40,000 nt of DNA from Halosimplex salinum (GTDB lineage Archaea > Halobacteriota > Halobacteria > Halobacteriales > Haloarculaceae), in contig NZ_QWGG01000008.1 of NCBI RefSeq assembly GCF_003730195.1, positions 84,969 to 124,968 of the forward strand. Reading direction: 5' to 3'. The notes under the pieces are model-generated. The model made no database searches, was not told where the DNA came from, and saw only the letters and a program-made list of their open reading frames with translations. Below are positions 23,468-32,153 of this stretch, in pieces (the first letter of the stretch is position 1; the number at the start of each line of letters is the position of its first letter). The position numbers and the translations under genes are program-made.

Positions 23468-24043
23468 ATGCGAGGGCCAGGCGAGAAGACGCCGGACCCG
23501 GCCGTCTCGCCGCTGTTCGTCAACGCGATCCACGAGGAGGTGCGGGCCTACGCGGGGGAGCGCGCCGGCGACCCCCGGCCGTGTCCCGGCTGCGGGTCGG
23601 ACGAGCGCCGGAAGAACGGGTACCAGCGCGAACCGAAGACGGTCGCGCGACTCGTCACGGCCGCGGGGATCGAGGACGTCGGCGTCGACGTCCAGCAGTA
23701 CGAGTGTACGGACTGCGGTCGGTCGTACCAGGGCGACCTCTCCGCGCTGTTCTACGAGGGATGTGACTACGCGAGACCGATCGTCGACCTGTGTCGGTTC
23801 CACGCGGCCGACCGGTCGCCCACGGCCTGCGAACGGCTGCTCCGCCGGCAGTACGGCCTGCAGGTGAACCGCGACACGGTCGAGCGGTACGCCGAGCGAT
23901 TCGACGGCGAACCGGAGACCGAACACGCGGTCGACATCGCCGGCCACACGTACTCGCTGGCGTTCCTGTCCGAGCTGTTCGGCGACGGCGACCCCGACGA
24001 GCCGCCGCAGTTCGTCCTCACGAGCCACAGGGGACTGTGGTAG
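23468..24043 (+). CDS. Zinc-ribbon + HTH protein resembling the N-terminal DNA-binding part of IS6/IS1-type transposases; no DDE domain
   Basis: CPGCGSDERRKNGY ... YECTDCGRSY zinc ribbon, followed by an HTH-like segment ACERLLRRQYGLQVNRDTVERYAERF. At 191 aa it ends before any catalytic domain could fit. Confidence 0.5.
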   Translation: MRGPGEKTPDPAVSPLFVNAIHEEVRAYAGERAGDPRPCPGCGSDERRKNGYQREPKTVARLVTAAGIEDVGVDVQQYECTDCGRSYQGDLSALFYEGCDYARPIVDLCRFHAADRSPTACERLLRRQYGLQVNRDTVERYAERFDGEPETEHAVDIAGHTYSLAFLSELFGDGDPDEPPQFVLTSHRGLW

Positions 24044-24093
24044 CTGGGTTCCGTCGGGTCGACGGGGTGCTGGACGGGTAACTGAACGACGGG

Positions 24094-24174
24094 CGACAGC
24101 GGGACAGGCGATAGCAGGTCGGCGAGCGGCAACAGGACGAGCGACAGCAGGATAGACGACAGCAGGACGAGCGG
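24094..24174. repeat. Degenerate short-period repeat rich in CGACAGC / CAGGACGAGCG words
   Basis: CGACAGC occurs 3 times (24094, 24142, 24157) and CAGGACGAGCG twice (24133, 24163). The core CGACAGCGGGAC resembles the 16788 tandem unit. The region is convergent and intergenic. Confidence 0.6.
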
Positions 24175-24208
24175 AACGCGGCTGGGCCCGTCTCTCGCCC
24201 CGGAGTCG

Positions 24209-24763
24209 TCAGCGGCTCCTGTTTTCGACCGCGACCGAGACGTTCTGGAAGTACGTCTCGATGTCGCGGTTGACGATGGGGCGGAGGACCGACGGGTTGA
24301 GCGTGGCGGCGCCGCCGCTGTAGGTCACTTCCGCCCGGTACACGAGTCGCGACTCCGTCCGGTCGCCCGCCTGAATCTCCATCGCGGCGAGCACGTCGAA
24401 GTCGCTCCCGGTCGTCGAGTCGAAGGCCGTCGCGCTCGTGACGACGTGGTCGGGGGGGTTCAGCTCGACGAACTCCGCCTCGCCCGACAGCGAGACGGTG
24501 AGTCGGCTCACGCCGCGCGTGATCTCGAGCGCGTAGGTCCGGTCGGAGACCCGCTCGACCGACTCCGCGCCCGGGATGCACTCCGTCAGTAACTCCGGGT
24601 CCGACAGACACGCCCAGAGCTCCTCGGGATCGGCGTCGATGTAGACCGCGTCGGAGAACTCCAGGCGCTGGGCTCCCTCGTCGTCGGGAGCGACGTCGGC
24701 GGTGTCGGACTGTTCGTCTGGAACAGCCTCGTCCGGCTCTCGGGTGTTGTCAGGATGACTCAT
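24209..24763 (-). CDS. SRPBCC-superfamily protein, CoxG-like
   Basis: An acidic N-terminal tail is followed by VYIDADPEELWACLSDPELLTECIPGAESVERV and a beta-rich body typical of CoxG/polyketide-cyclase-like ligand-binding proteins. Confidence 0.7.
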   Translation of the reverse strand: MSHPDNTREPDEAVPDEQSDTADVAPDDEGAQRLEFSDAVYIDADPEELWACLSDPELLTECIPGAESVERVSDRTYALEITRGVSRLTVSLSGEAEFVELNPPDHVVTSATAFDSTTGSDFDVLAAMEIQAGDRTESRLVYRAEVTYSGGAATLNPSVLRPIVNRDIETYFQNVSVAVENRSR

Positions 24764-24806
24764 TGGTTGGGAGAGTGCGCGGGCGACTCCCGCGGGAGCC
24801 GCGCCG

Positions 24807-25856
24807 CTACACTTCGATGATCGTGAACTGGTTCGAGGCGATGCCGACGTTGTAGAAGTTCGCGTCGCCGTTCGTGACGACGACCTCGTAGCCGTAGCTC
24901 CCGGGGTCGAGAGACTCGGTCTCGAGCGTCCCCGTCCACTGGGCGGTCGAGTCCTCGCCGCCGGCCTGCCACTCGAGCTCGACGGCGTCGAACGCCCCGT
25001 CCGTCGACTCGACGGTCACCGAGTCGAGCGTGTCGGCGCCGACGATCTCGCCGCTCGACCCGTCGTAGACGCCGATGGCGAACGTGACGTCCATCTCCCC
25101 GCTGAACTGCCGCTCGGGGACACAGCCGCCGACGAAGCCGTTCGCGGCCTCCTGGGGCGAGCCGTTCCAGAACGTCTCGGTCGTGACGACGTAGTTCGTC
25201 GGGTTCGAGTACTCGATGACCTCGAAGGAGTCCTCGAGGATGCCGGCGGTGTGGAAGTTCGCGTCGCCGTCGGCGACCCGTACCTCGACCGTGTAGGGGT
25301 ACGTCCCGGTCGAGAAGTCCTCCGGGAGCGTCCAGGACCCGCCCCACTCCTGGGCCGGGTGCTCCTCGTCGTCGCCGGCCCACTGGAGTTCGACCGACTC
25401 GCCACCCTCGACGTCGACCACGACGCCGTCGAGGTCGTCGTTCGTCAGCTGTTCACCGGTCTCCGGGTCGTAGACGCCGACGTAGAAGGCGACCATCATC
25501 CCGGGGACGAACCGGCGGGTCGCGGAACATGCCGAGGCGAACGCGGCGCCTTCCGGGACTTCGCCCGTCCCGGTCTCGACCGTCACGACGTAGTTCTCCG
25601 GTTCCGGCTCCGGCGTCGCGGTCGGCGTGTCCGTGGGCGTGGGCGTGTCGGTCGGCGTCTCCGTGTCGGCCGGCGCGGCCGTGTCGGTCTCGGTGTCGCC
25701 GCCGGGACAGCCGGCGAGCGCGACGGTCGCCCAGCTCGCGGCGCCGCCCGCGAGGACGCGACGGCGTGTCGTTCCGTCGTCGGCCCCTTCGACCGCCTCG
25801 CCGTCCGGCCCGACGGGTGATTCCTCCTCCATCTGACGACTTCCTTCGCGGCTCAT
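24807..25856 (-). CDS. Tat-secreted lipoprotein with Thr/Pro linker and two copies of an uncharacterised beta-rich module of about 110-130 aa
   Basis: TRRRVLAGGAASWATVALAGC (Tat motif + lipobox) and the linker TETPTDTPTPTDTPTATPEPEPE. The two modules begin ACSATRRFVPGMMVAFYVGVYDPETGE and GCVPERQFSGEMDVTFAIGVYDGSSGE. The start is ambiguous (ATG 25856 or 25832; TTG 25886). Confidence 0.7.
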   Translation of the reverse strand: MSREGSRQMEEESPVGPDGEAVEGADDGTTRRRVLAGGAASWATVALAGCPGGDTETDTAAPADTETPTDTPTPTDTPTATPEPEPENYVVTVETGTGEVPEGAAFASACSATRRFVPGMMVAFYVGVYDPETGEQLTNDDLDGVVVDVEGGESVELQWAGDDEEHPAQEWGGSWTLPEDFSTGTYPYTVEVRVADGDANFHTAGILEDSFEVIEYSNPTNYVVTTETFWNGSPQEAANGFVGGCVPERQFSGEMDVTFAIGVYDGSSGEIVGADTLDSVTVESTDGAFDAVELEWQAGGEDSTAQWTGTLETESLDPGSYGYEVVVTNGDANFYNVGIASNQFTIIEV

Positions 25857-25895
25857 TACGTCCACATATCGACGAGGTGTCGGCAAAACACTCCC

Positions 25896-25922
25896 CGTAG
25901 TTCCAATTCTCTGGGAACTACG
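25896..25922. promoter_or_regulatory. Perfect 9-bp inverted repeat CGTAGTTCC-N9-GGAACTACG in a divergent promoter region
   Basis: The arms are 25896-25904 and 25914-25922. They lie between the two paralogous lipoprotein genes, just upstream of the TATA-like ttttatca (25930-25937) for ATG 25963. Confidence 0.55.
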
Positions 25923-25962
25923 TCCGCCGTTTTATCATAGGCTTCCCGAAGATGCTAGCGAG

Positions 25963-26661
<699 letters not shown>

Positions 26662-26750
26662 GAGCGGCGAGCGGTCGACGACGCGTTCCGTTCCGTCCCG
26701 AGAAGAGTTCCGCGCGACGGCGTGCGAATCGAGTCCGATCGACTGGCGAG

Positions 26751-27059
26751 TCACTCCCGGACGTCGATCCGGAGGCCCGGCGGGTCGTCGGACTCCCGGA
26801 TCGGGAGTTCGATGTCGAGCACGTCGTCGCGGTAGGTCGCGGTGATCGCGTCGGCGTCGACCTCCCGGGGAACGGTCACGTGGTGGTGGAAGACGCGGGA
26901 ACTCCCGGCGTCGTCGGTTCGCTCGGCCGATATCGACAGCCGATGGTCGAGCCACGTGACGTCGACGTCCCCGGGATCGAACCCGGGGAGATCGACGAAG
27001 ACCCGGTAGCTCCCGTCGTCGTTGTACAGTTCGACTTCGTGGTCGGGATGGTGCGTCAT
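26751..27059 (-). CDS. hsp20: Hsp20/alpha-crystallin family small heat-shock protein
   Basis: 102 aa. YRVFVDLPGFDPGDVDVTWLDHRLSISAER ... ATYRDDVLDIELPI is a canonical alpha-crystallin domain. Confidence 0.85.
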   Translation of the reverse strand: MTHHPDHEVELYNDDGSYRVFVDLPGFDPGDVDVTWLDHRLSISAERTDDAGSSRVFHHHVTVPREVDADAITATYRDDVLDIELPIRESDDPPGLRIDVRE

Positions 27060-27195
27060 GTGGGTCCCTGGTCGGAGATACTCGGTCCCACCGCACCGGT
27101 CTTTCGGTAATTACGACTCGGTGAGAACGACAGCGGGAGCGAGCGGCGGTCTCGTGGCATACGCTTTTGCGCGTCCGCACCGTATCGGCGAGATC

Positions 27196-30100
27196 GTGAC
27201 AGACGAGCGCCCACAGTCACAGGCCGAACCGGCGGACGGGGACCAGCGAGCGGCCAGCACCGAGCGGGACGGGCGTGCCGGGCTCGACCCCGAGACGCTG
27301 GAAGCCGCCGTCGAATCGACGGCTGCGGGCATCCTCGCCGTCGACGCCGGGACGGTCGCGTTCGCGAACCCGAGCGCCGAGCGATACCTCGGTCGGTCGC
27401 CCGGCGCGATCGAGGGGACCGCTGCCGTCGAGGCGTTCCCGGAGCGCGTGGCCGACCTCGCAGAGACGGTCGCGAGTACGGGTGCGGAGCGAACCGCCGA
27501 GTGGACCGAGACCGGGCCGCACGCGCCCGAGGGCGGCCGCCGAGTCGCGGCCACGCTCAGCCCGGCGTCGGCCGAACGCGTCGTCGTGACGCTCACGTTC
27601 GAGGGCGACAGCGGTCCCGCCGAGACCGACGGCGACGGCGCTCCCGCCGAAACTGACGACGACAGCGATCCCGTCCAGACCGACGACGCCCACGTCGCGG
27701 GCGCTCGCCTGGACGCGGAGGGACGGATCACCGCGTGGAGCGGGGAGGCCGAGTCGCTGACGGACTGGAGCGAGGACGCCGCCGTCGGCGCCCACGTCTC
27801 GCTGCTGGCTCCCGACGACGCCGGGGACGACGCGGCCGCTCGGCCGCTCGAGCGCGCCCGGAGCGAGGGCACGGTCGATGTCGAGGGGTGGTGCCTCCGG
27901 TCGGACGGGTCGAAGTTCTGGGCGGCGACGACCGTCTCCGTCCGGCGGACCGACGACGGTGGGGTCGACGGGTACAGACTGACGATACGGGACCGGACGG
28001 ACCGCAAGCGGCTCGAAGAGGAACGGGAGCTGCTGGCGGCGGTCAACCACGCCGTCGCCGACGCGGAGACGTTCCGCGACGGCGTCGAGACGACGCTGGA
28101 AGCCGTCTGTGAGCGGACCCAGTGGGCCTACGGCGAGGCGTGGGTCCCCGCCGCCGACGGCGACTATCTCGAACACCTCGTCGCTCACGCCGCGGACGAA
28201 CGGCTGACGGAGTTCCTGCGGGCCAGTCGCTCGGTCACGTTCCGGTCGGCGGAGGGGCTCCCCGGTCGCGTCTGGGCGTCGGCGTCGGCGGAGTGGATCC
28301 CCGACGCGTCCGCCGAGCCCACGGACGTGTTCCACCGGACCGCGGCCGCCGAAGCGGTCGGTCTCCAGGCGGCGCTGGGCGTCCCGATCGTGACCGACGG
28401 CCGCGTCGTGGCCGTGCTGGCGTTCTTCCTCACGGAGCGGCGGTCGGCCGACGAGGAACTTGTCGACGCCGTCACCGACGTCGTCGCGGACCTGGGCGTG
28501 CTGATGGCGCGCAAGCGGGCCGAGGACCGACTGGAGCGCGAGCGGTCGCTGCTGAGTCGCGTCTTCGAGACGAGCCCGGTCGGCCTCCTCGTCACCGACA
28601 CCGAGGGGACGGTTGTCCGGGCGAACGCCCGCGCGAGCCGTCTCTTCGGCCGGCAGAACGCGGATCTGACCGGGAGTTCGTTCGCGCAACTCGCGGACAC
28701 CGTCCGGGACGGCAGCGGCGACCCCGTCCCGGCCGACGAGTTGCCGGTCGCGCGTGTGCTCGCGACCGGTGAGGCCGTCAGTGGGGTCGAACTCGAACTG
28801 GCCCTCGGATCGGCGTCGGACGACACCGGGACGGACTGGGTCTCGGTGAGCGCGGCGCCGATCCGGGGCGACGACGGCGCGGTCGAGCGCGTGATCGCCG
28901 TCGTGGAGGACGTGACCGAGCGCAGGGAGCGCGAGCAGTCGCTCCGCACCTTCCGGGAAGCCGTCGAGCAGGCGGGCCACTCGGTCTACGTCACCGACAC
29001 CGACGGCCGGATCGAGTACGTCAATCCCACGTTCGAGCGGGTGACGGGCTACGGTGCCGAGGAGGCGGTCGGGGAGCGGACGTCCATCCTGAACTCGGGG
29101 GAGCACGACGACGCCTTCTTCGAGGATCTCTGGGAGACGATCGTCGACGGCGATATCTGGACCGGCGAGGTCGTCAACCGCCGCAAGTCGGGGGAGACGT
29201 ACGTCGTCAACCAGACGATCGCCCCGATCGCCGACGACTCGGGGGCGATCGAGCGGTTCGTCGCCATCAACGACGAGATCACGGAGCAGAAGCGGCGCGA
29301 ACGCGAACTCCGCCGCCAGCGCAACTCGCTCGAACGGATCAAACAGATCATCGAGAGCCTGCGGCCCATCAATCGAGCGCTCGCGCGGGCCGACACCCGC
29401 GAGGCCGTCGACCGGGAGCTGTGCGAACTGCTGACCGCCTCGGACGCGTACCTGTTCGCCTGGATCGGCGACTACAACTCGGCCGTCGGGGCGGTCACGC
29501 CGCGCGAGTGGGCCGGCGTCGAGGAGGAGTTCGTCCGCACGCTCGACCTGACCGCTCCCGAGGAGGGCGTCGGGGACGAACTCGTCCAGCGCGCCGTCGC
29601 CGACGGCGAGGTGCAGGTCGTGCGCGAGATCCCGACGGCCCCGACGACGGACGTCCGCCGCGACCGCGCGCTCACCTACGGCTACCAGTCACTGGCGGTC
29701 GTTCCGGTCGTGTACGGCGACACCGTTCTCGGCGTTTTCGGCGCCTACTCCGCCCGACCCGACGCCTTCGACGAGTACGAACAGGGGCTGTTACGGGAAC
29801 TCGGAGAGCGGGTCGGGCACGCGATCAACGCCGCCGAGAACAGACAGCTGTTACACACCGACACCGTCGTCGAACTGGAGTTCGAGGTCGGGCGGCGGGA
29901 CTCGGCCGTCGTCGCCGTCGCGAGCGAACTCGGGTGTTGGCTGTCGGTGAACAGCGTCACCCCGGCGGAGGGCGGGACCTACGCCTGGTACCTCGCGGTC
30001 GACGGCGCCGCCCCGGCGGCCGTCACCGACGAGTTCGACCGGCGGTCGGACGTCGAGCGGGCCCGCGTCGTCGAGGCACACGGTCGGACCGGGATCGTCG

Positions 30101-30567
30101 AGGTGACGGGCAGACTCGGGCCGATCGCGACGCTGGTCGAACACGGCGCGACAGTCCGCTCGTTCGAGGCGACCGGCGACCGGGCGAGCCTGCGCTGTGA
30201 GACCGCCCCGCAGTCGGACATCGAATCGCTCATCACGGACCTCGAAGGGGGCGGCGAGGCGACGGTGTTCGTCGCGAAGCGGACCCGCGACCGCGACATG
30301 CGGACGCTCGAACTGACGAAGACCGCCGTCGAGGAGCGACTGACCGACCGGCAACGGGAGGCGCTCGCGCTCGCCTACCACGCCGGCTACTTCGCCTCCC
30401 CCCGCCACTCGACCGGCGAGGACCTCGCCGAAGTCCTCGGCATCGCCTCCCCGACGTTCTACCAGCACGTCCGGGAGGGGACCCGAAAGATCCTCGAACT
30501 ACTGCTCGGCGACGACGAGCCCGCCCCCACGGGGACGGCGACGCTCCGGCAGTTCCCCGACCCGTAG
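27196..30567 (+). CDS. Bat-type (bacterio-opsin activator-like) regulator with multiple PAS and GAF domains and C-terminal HTH_10
   Basis: The C-terminus LTDRQREALALAYHAGYFASPRHSTGEDLAEVLGIASPTFYQHVREGTRKIL is the Bat HTH. There are several PAS-like (e.g. GRIEYVNPTFERVTGY) and GAF-like segments. No in-frame ATG exists near the 5' end. GTG 27196 lies about 30 nt after the TATA-like gcttttgc; GTG 27154 is an alternative. The track start at 27022 overlaps hsp20. Confidence 0.8.
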   Translation: MTDERPQSQAEPADGDQRAASTERDGRAGLDPETLEAAVESTAAGILAVDAGTVAFANPSAERYLGRSPGAIEGTAAVEAFPERVADLAETVASTGAERTAEWTETGPHAPEGGRRVAATLSPASAERVVVTLTFEGDSGPAETDGDGAPAETDDDSDPVQTDDAHVAGARLDAEGRITAWSGEAESLTDWSEDAAVGAHVSLLAPDDAGDDAAARPLERARSEGTVDVEGWCLRSDGSKFWAATTVSVRRTDDGGVDGYRLTIRDRTDRKRLEEERELLAAVNHAVADAETFRDGVETTLEAVCERTQWAYGEAWVPAADGDYLEHLVAHAADERLTEFLRASRSVTFRSAEGLPGRVWASASAEWIPDASAEPTDVFHRTAAAEAVGLQAALGVPIVTDGRVVAVLAFFLTERRSADEELVDAVTDVVADLGVLMARKRAEDRLERERSLLSRVFETSPVGLLVTDTEGTVVRANARASRLFGRQNADLTGSSFAQLADTVRDGSGDPVPADELPVARVLATGEAVSGVELELALGSASDDTGTDWVSVSAAPIRGDDGAVERVIAVVEDVTERREREQSLRTFREAVEQAGHSVYVTDTDGRIEYVNPTFERVTGYGAEEAVGERTSILNSGEHDDAFFEDLWETIVDGDIWTGEVVNRRKSGETYVVNQTIAPIADDSGAIERFVAINDEITEQKRRERELRRQRNSLERIKQIIESLRPINRALARADTREAVDRELCELLTASDAYLFAWIGDYNSAVGAVTPREWAGVEEEFVRTLDLTAPEEGVGDELVQRAVADGEVQVVREIPTAPTTDVRRDRALTYGYQSLAVVPVVYGDTVLGVFGAYSARPDAFDEYEQGLLRELGERVGHAINAAENRQLLHTDTVVELEFEVGRRDSAVVAVASELGCWLSVNSVTPAEGGTYAWYLAVDGAAPAAVTDEFDRRSDVERARVVEAHGRTGIVEVTGRLGPIATLVEHGATVRSFEATGDRASLRCETAPQSDIESLITDLEGGGEATVFVAKRTRDRDMRTLELTKTAVEERLTDRQREALALAYHAGYFASPRHSTGEDLAEVLGIASPTFYQHVREGTRKILELLLGDDEPAPTGTATLRQFPDP

Positions 30568-30582
30568 ACTGTCGCACGTATC

Positions 30583-30640
30583 TCACTAGCAGACTAGGAT
30601 CTACCGATTGGTACTAACGCTCTGTCACTAGTGGACTAGG
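30583..30640. promoter_or_regulatory. Direct repeat of a 16-nt box TCACTAG-NN-GACTAGG (four ACTAG pentamers)
   Basis: tcactagcagactagg at 30583-30598 and tcactagtggactagg at 30625-30640 (14/16 identical, 42-nt periodicity). They lie 42-99 nt upstream of ATG 30682. Confidence 0.5.
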
Positions 30641-30681
30641 CCCCCCGGCTATGGCCCCGAACGCGCTACGTTCAGGTGTCC

Positions 30682-31044
30682 ATGAGCGAGACCAAGGGAC
30701 GAGCGTTCCTGGAGGCGGTGTCCGACGAGGACTGTACCGCGATCCTCGACGCGGTCCGGGAGGAGCGGCTGACGATCCCGGAGCTGTCCGACGACTGTGA
30801 CATCCCGCTGTCGACGGCCTACCGGAAGGTCCACCTGTTACAGGAGGCGGACCTCGTGGTCGAGAAGAACCGCCTGCCGAAGGACTGTCGCCCGAAGAAC
30901 GTCTACGAACTGGACTTCGACGCCGCCGTCGTGACGATGACGGAGGACGGAGGGTTCGACGTCGAGTTCGTGGACTCCCCGGCCGACCGGGCGTCCTACG
31001 GGAGGGTCAGCGACCGGCCGCTCTCGCTGGCCGGGAGCGACTGA
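30682..31044 (+). CDS. ArsR-like winged-helix transcriptional regulator
   Basis: FLEAVSDEDCTAILDAVREERLTIPELSDDCDIPLSTAYRKVHLLQEADLV is typical of small haloarchaeal wHTH proteins. ATG 30682 is preferred over GTG 30676. Confidence 0.7.
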   Translation: MSETKGRAFLEAVSDEDCTAILDAVREERLTIPELSDDCDIPLSTAYRKVHLLQEADLVVEKNRLPKDCRPKNVYELDFDAAVVTMTEDGGFDVEFVDSPADRASYGRVSDRPLSLAGSD

Positions 31045-31061
31045 TCGGGTGGCGAGGAGCG

Positions 31062-31247
31062 ATGGCGCAACTGGCGCGATTCCGGCTCACCTGCGAGACG
31101 TGCCCGTACGAGGCCGACGCGGCGTCGGTCGCGGACGCGCTGACCAAGGAGCGGGCCCACAAGCGGCAGGCGAGAGTCGAACACAGGGTGACGATCGAGC
31201 GGCGGACCGAGTCACCGCGGGAGGACAGAGCCGCGGAGCGGCCGTGA
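31062..31247 (+). CDS. Small basic protein (61 aa) with a single CxxC
   Basis: Starts 18 nt after the regulator stop, with strong G/C third-position bias. The motif is LTCETCPYE. I recognise no family. Confidence 0.4.
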   Translation: MAQLARFRLTCETCPYEADAASVADALTKERAHKRQARVEHRVTIERRTESPREDRAAERP

Positions 31248-31361
31248 CGGTACAAAAACCGCGCCGTCCTTCCCGCGAAATAGGAGACGCCGATACGGCT
31301 TACGGACGGGGCGTCGCGGATCTAGACGGAGCGGCCGAGGACTGACGGAGACAACACAATC

Positions 31362-32153
31362 ATGGGAGACGAACCAGTGATCGTCGTCGGCGTGAAACAG
31401 GTGCCCGACGACGACGAAGTACGGATCGACCCCGACACGGGGCACCTCGACAGGGCGAGTGCGCCGGCGGTGATGAACCCGCCGGACCGGAACGCACTCG
31501 AAGCAGCGCTCGGGCTGCGCGACGACGCGGGCGGGACAGTCGTCGCCGTCACGATGGGGCCGCCGACGGCCACCGACGTGCTCGAGGAAGCGGTCGCGAT
31601 AGGCTGTGACGACGCCGCGCTGATCACCGACCGCGCGTTCGCGGGCAGCGACACGTGGCCGACGAGCCTCACGCTCGCGGCCGCCGCCGAATCGCTCGGC
31701 GCCGACGTGTTCGTCTGCGGCGAAGAGACGACCGACTCCTCGACCGGACAGGTGCCGCCCGGCATCGCCGCCCACCTCGGGTGGGCACAGCTGACCTACG
31801 CGGAAGAACTCGACCCCGAGTTCGACGACGAGACGCTCGTCGCTCGCCGGGACGTCGAAGGCGGGCACGAGGTCGTCGCCGCGGAGTTGCCCGTCGTCGT
31901 CGCCGTGGCCTACGGCGAGTTCGAGCCCCGGCCGGCCGGGCTCCACCGCAAGCTCTACGCCGAGTCCGAGTTCGAACCGATCGAACTGTCCGCCGAGGAC
32001 ATCGGCCTCGACGACGACGAGGTCGGCATCGACGCCTCGCCGACGGAGGTCGGCGGCATGGAGACCGTCGAGCCCGTCGAACGCGAGCGAGTGGTGGTCG
32101 AGGGCGTCGACGAACTGGCCGACGAACTGGCCGAGACGGAGGTGTTCGGATGA
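31362..32153 (+). CDS. etfB: Electron transfer flavoprotein beta subunit (FixA)
   Basis: VIVVGVKQVPD, MNPPDRNALEAAL, DTWPTS and TGQVPPGIAAHLGW blocks. Confidence 0.9.
   Translation: MGDEPVIVVGVKQVPDDDEVRIDPDTGHLDRASAPAVMNPPDRNALEAALGLRDDAGGTVVAVTMGPPTATDVLEEAVAIGCDDAALITDRAFAGSDTWPTSLTLAAAAESLGADVFVCGEETTDSSTGQVPPGIAAHLGWAQLTYAEELDPEFDDETLVARRDVEGGHEVVAAELPVVVAVAYGEFEPRPAGLHRKLYAESEFEPIELSAEDIGLDDDEVGIDASPTEVGGMETVEPVERERVVVEGVDELADELAETEVFG

Noticed and set aside
23292-24208. Intact insertion sequence around the zinc-ribbon/HTH gene
   Set aside because: There is no DDE/transposase catalytic region, no terminal inverted repeats or target-site duplication visible, and the flanks are ordinary promoter and terminator DNA.
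27217-29106. 629-aa minus-strand ORF inside the Bat-type regulator gene, and a similar one at 36464-37957
   Set aside because: Same reasoning: antisense to or out of frame with motif-bearing genes, and Arg/Pro/Gly-rich.
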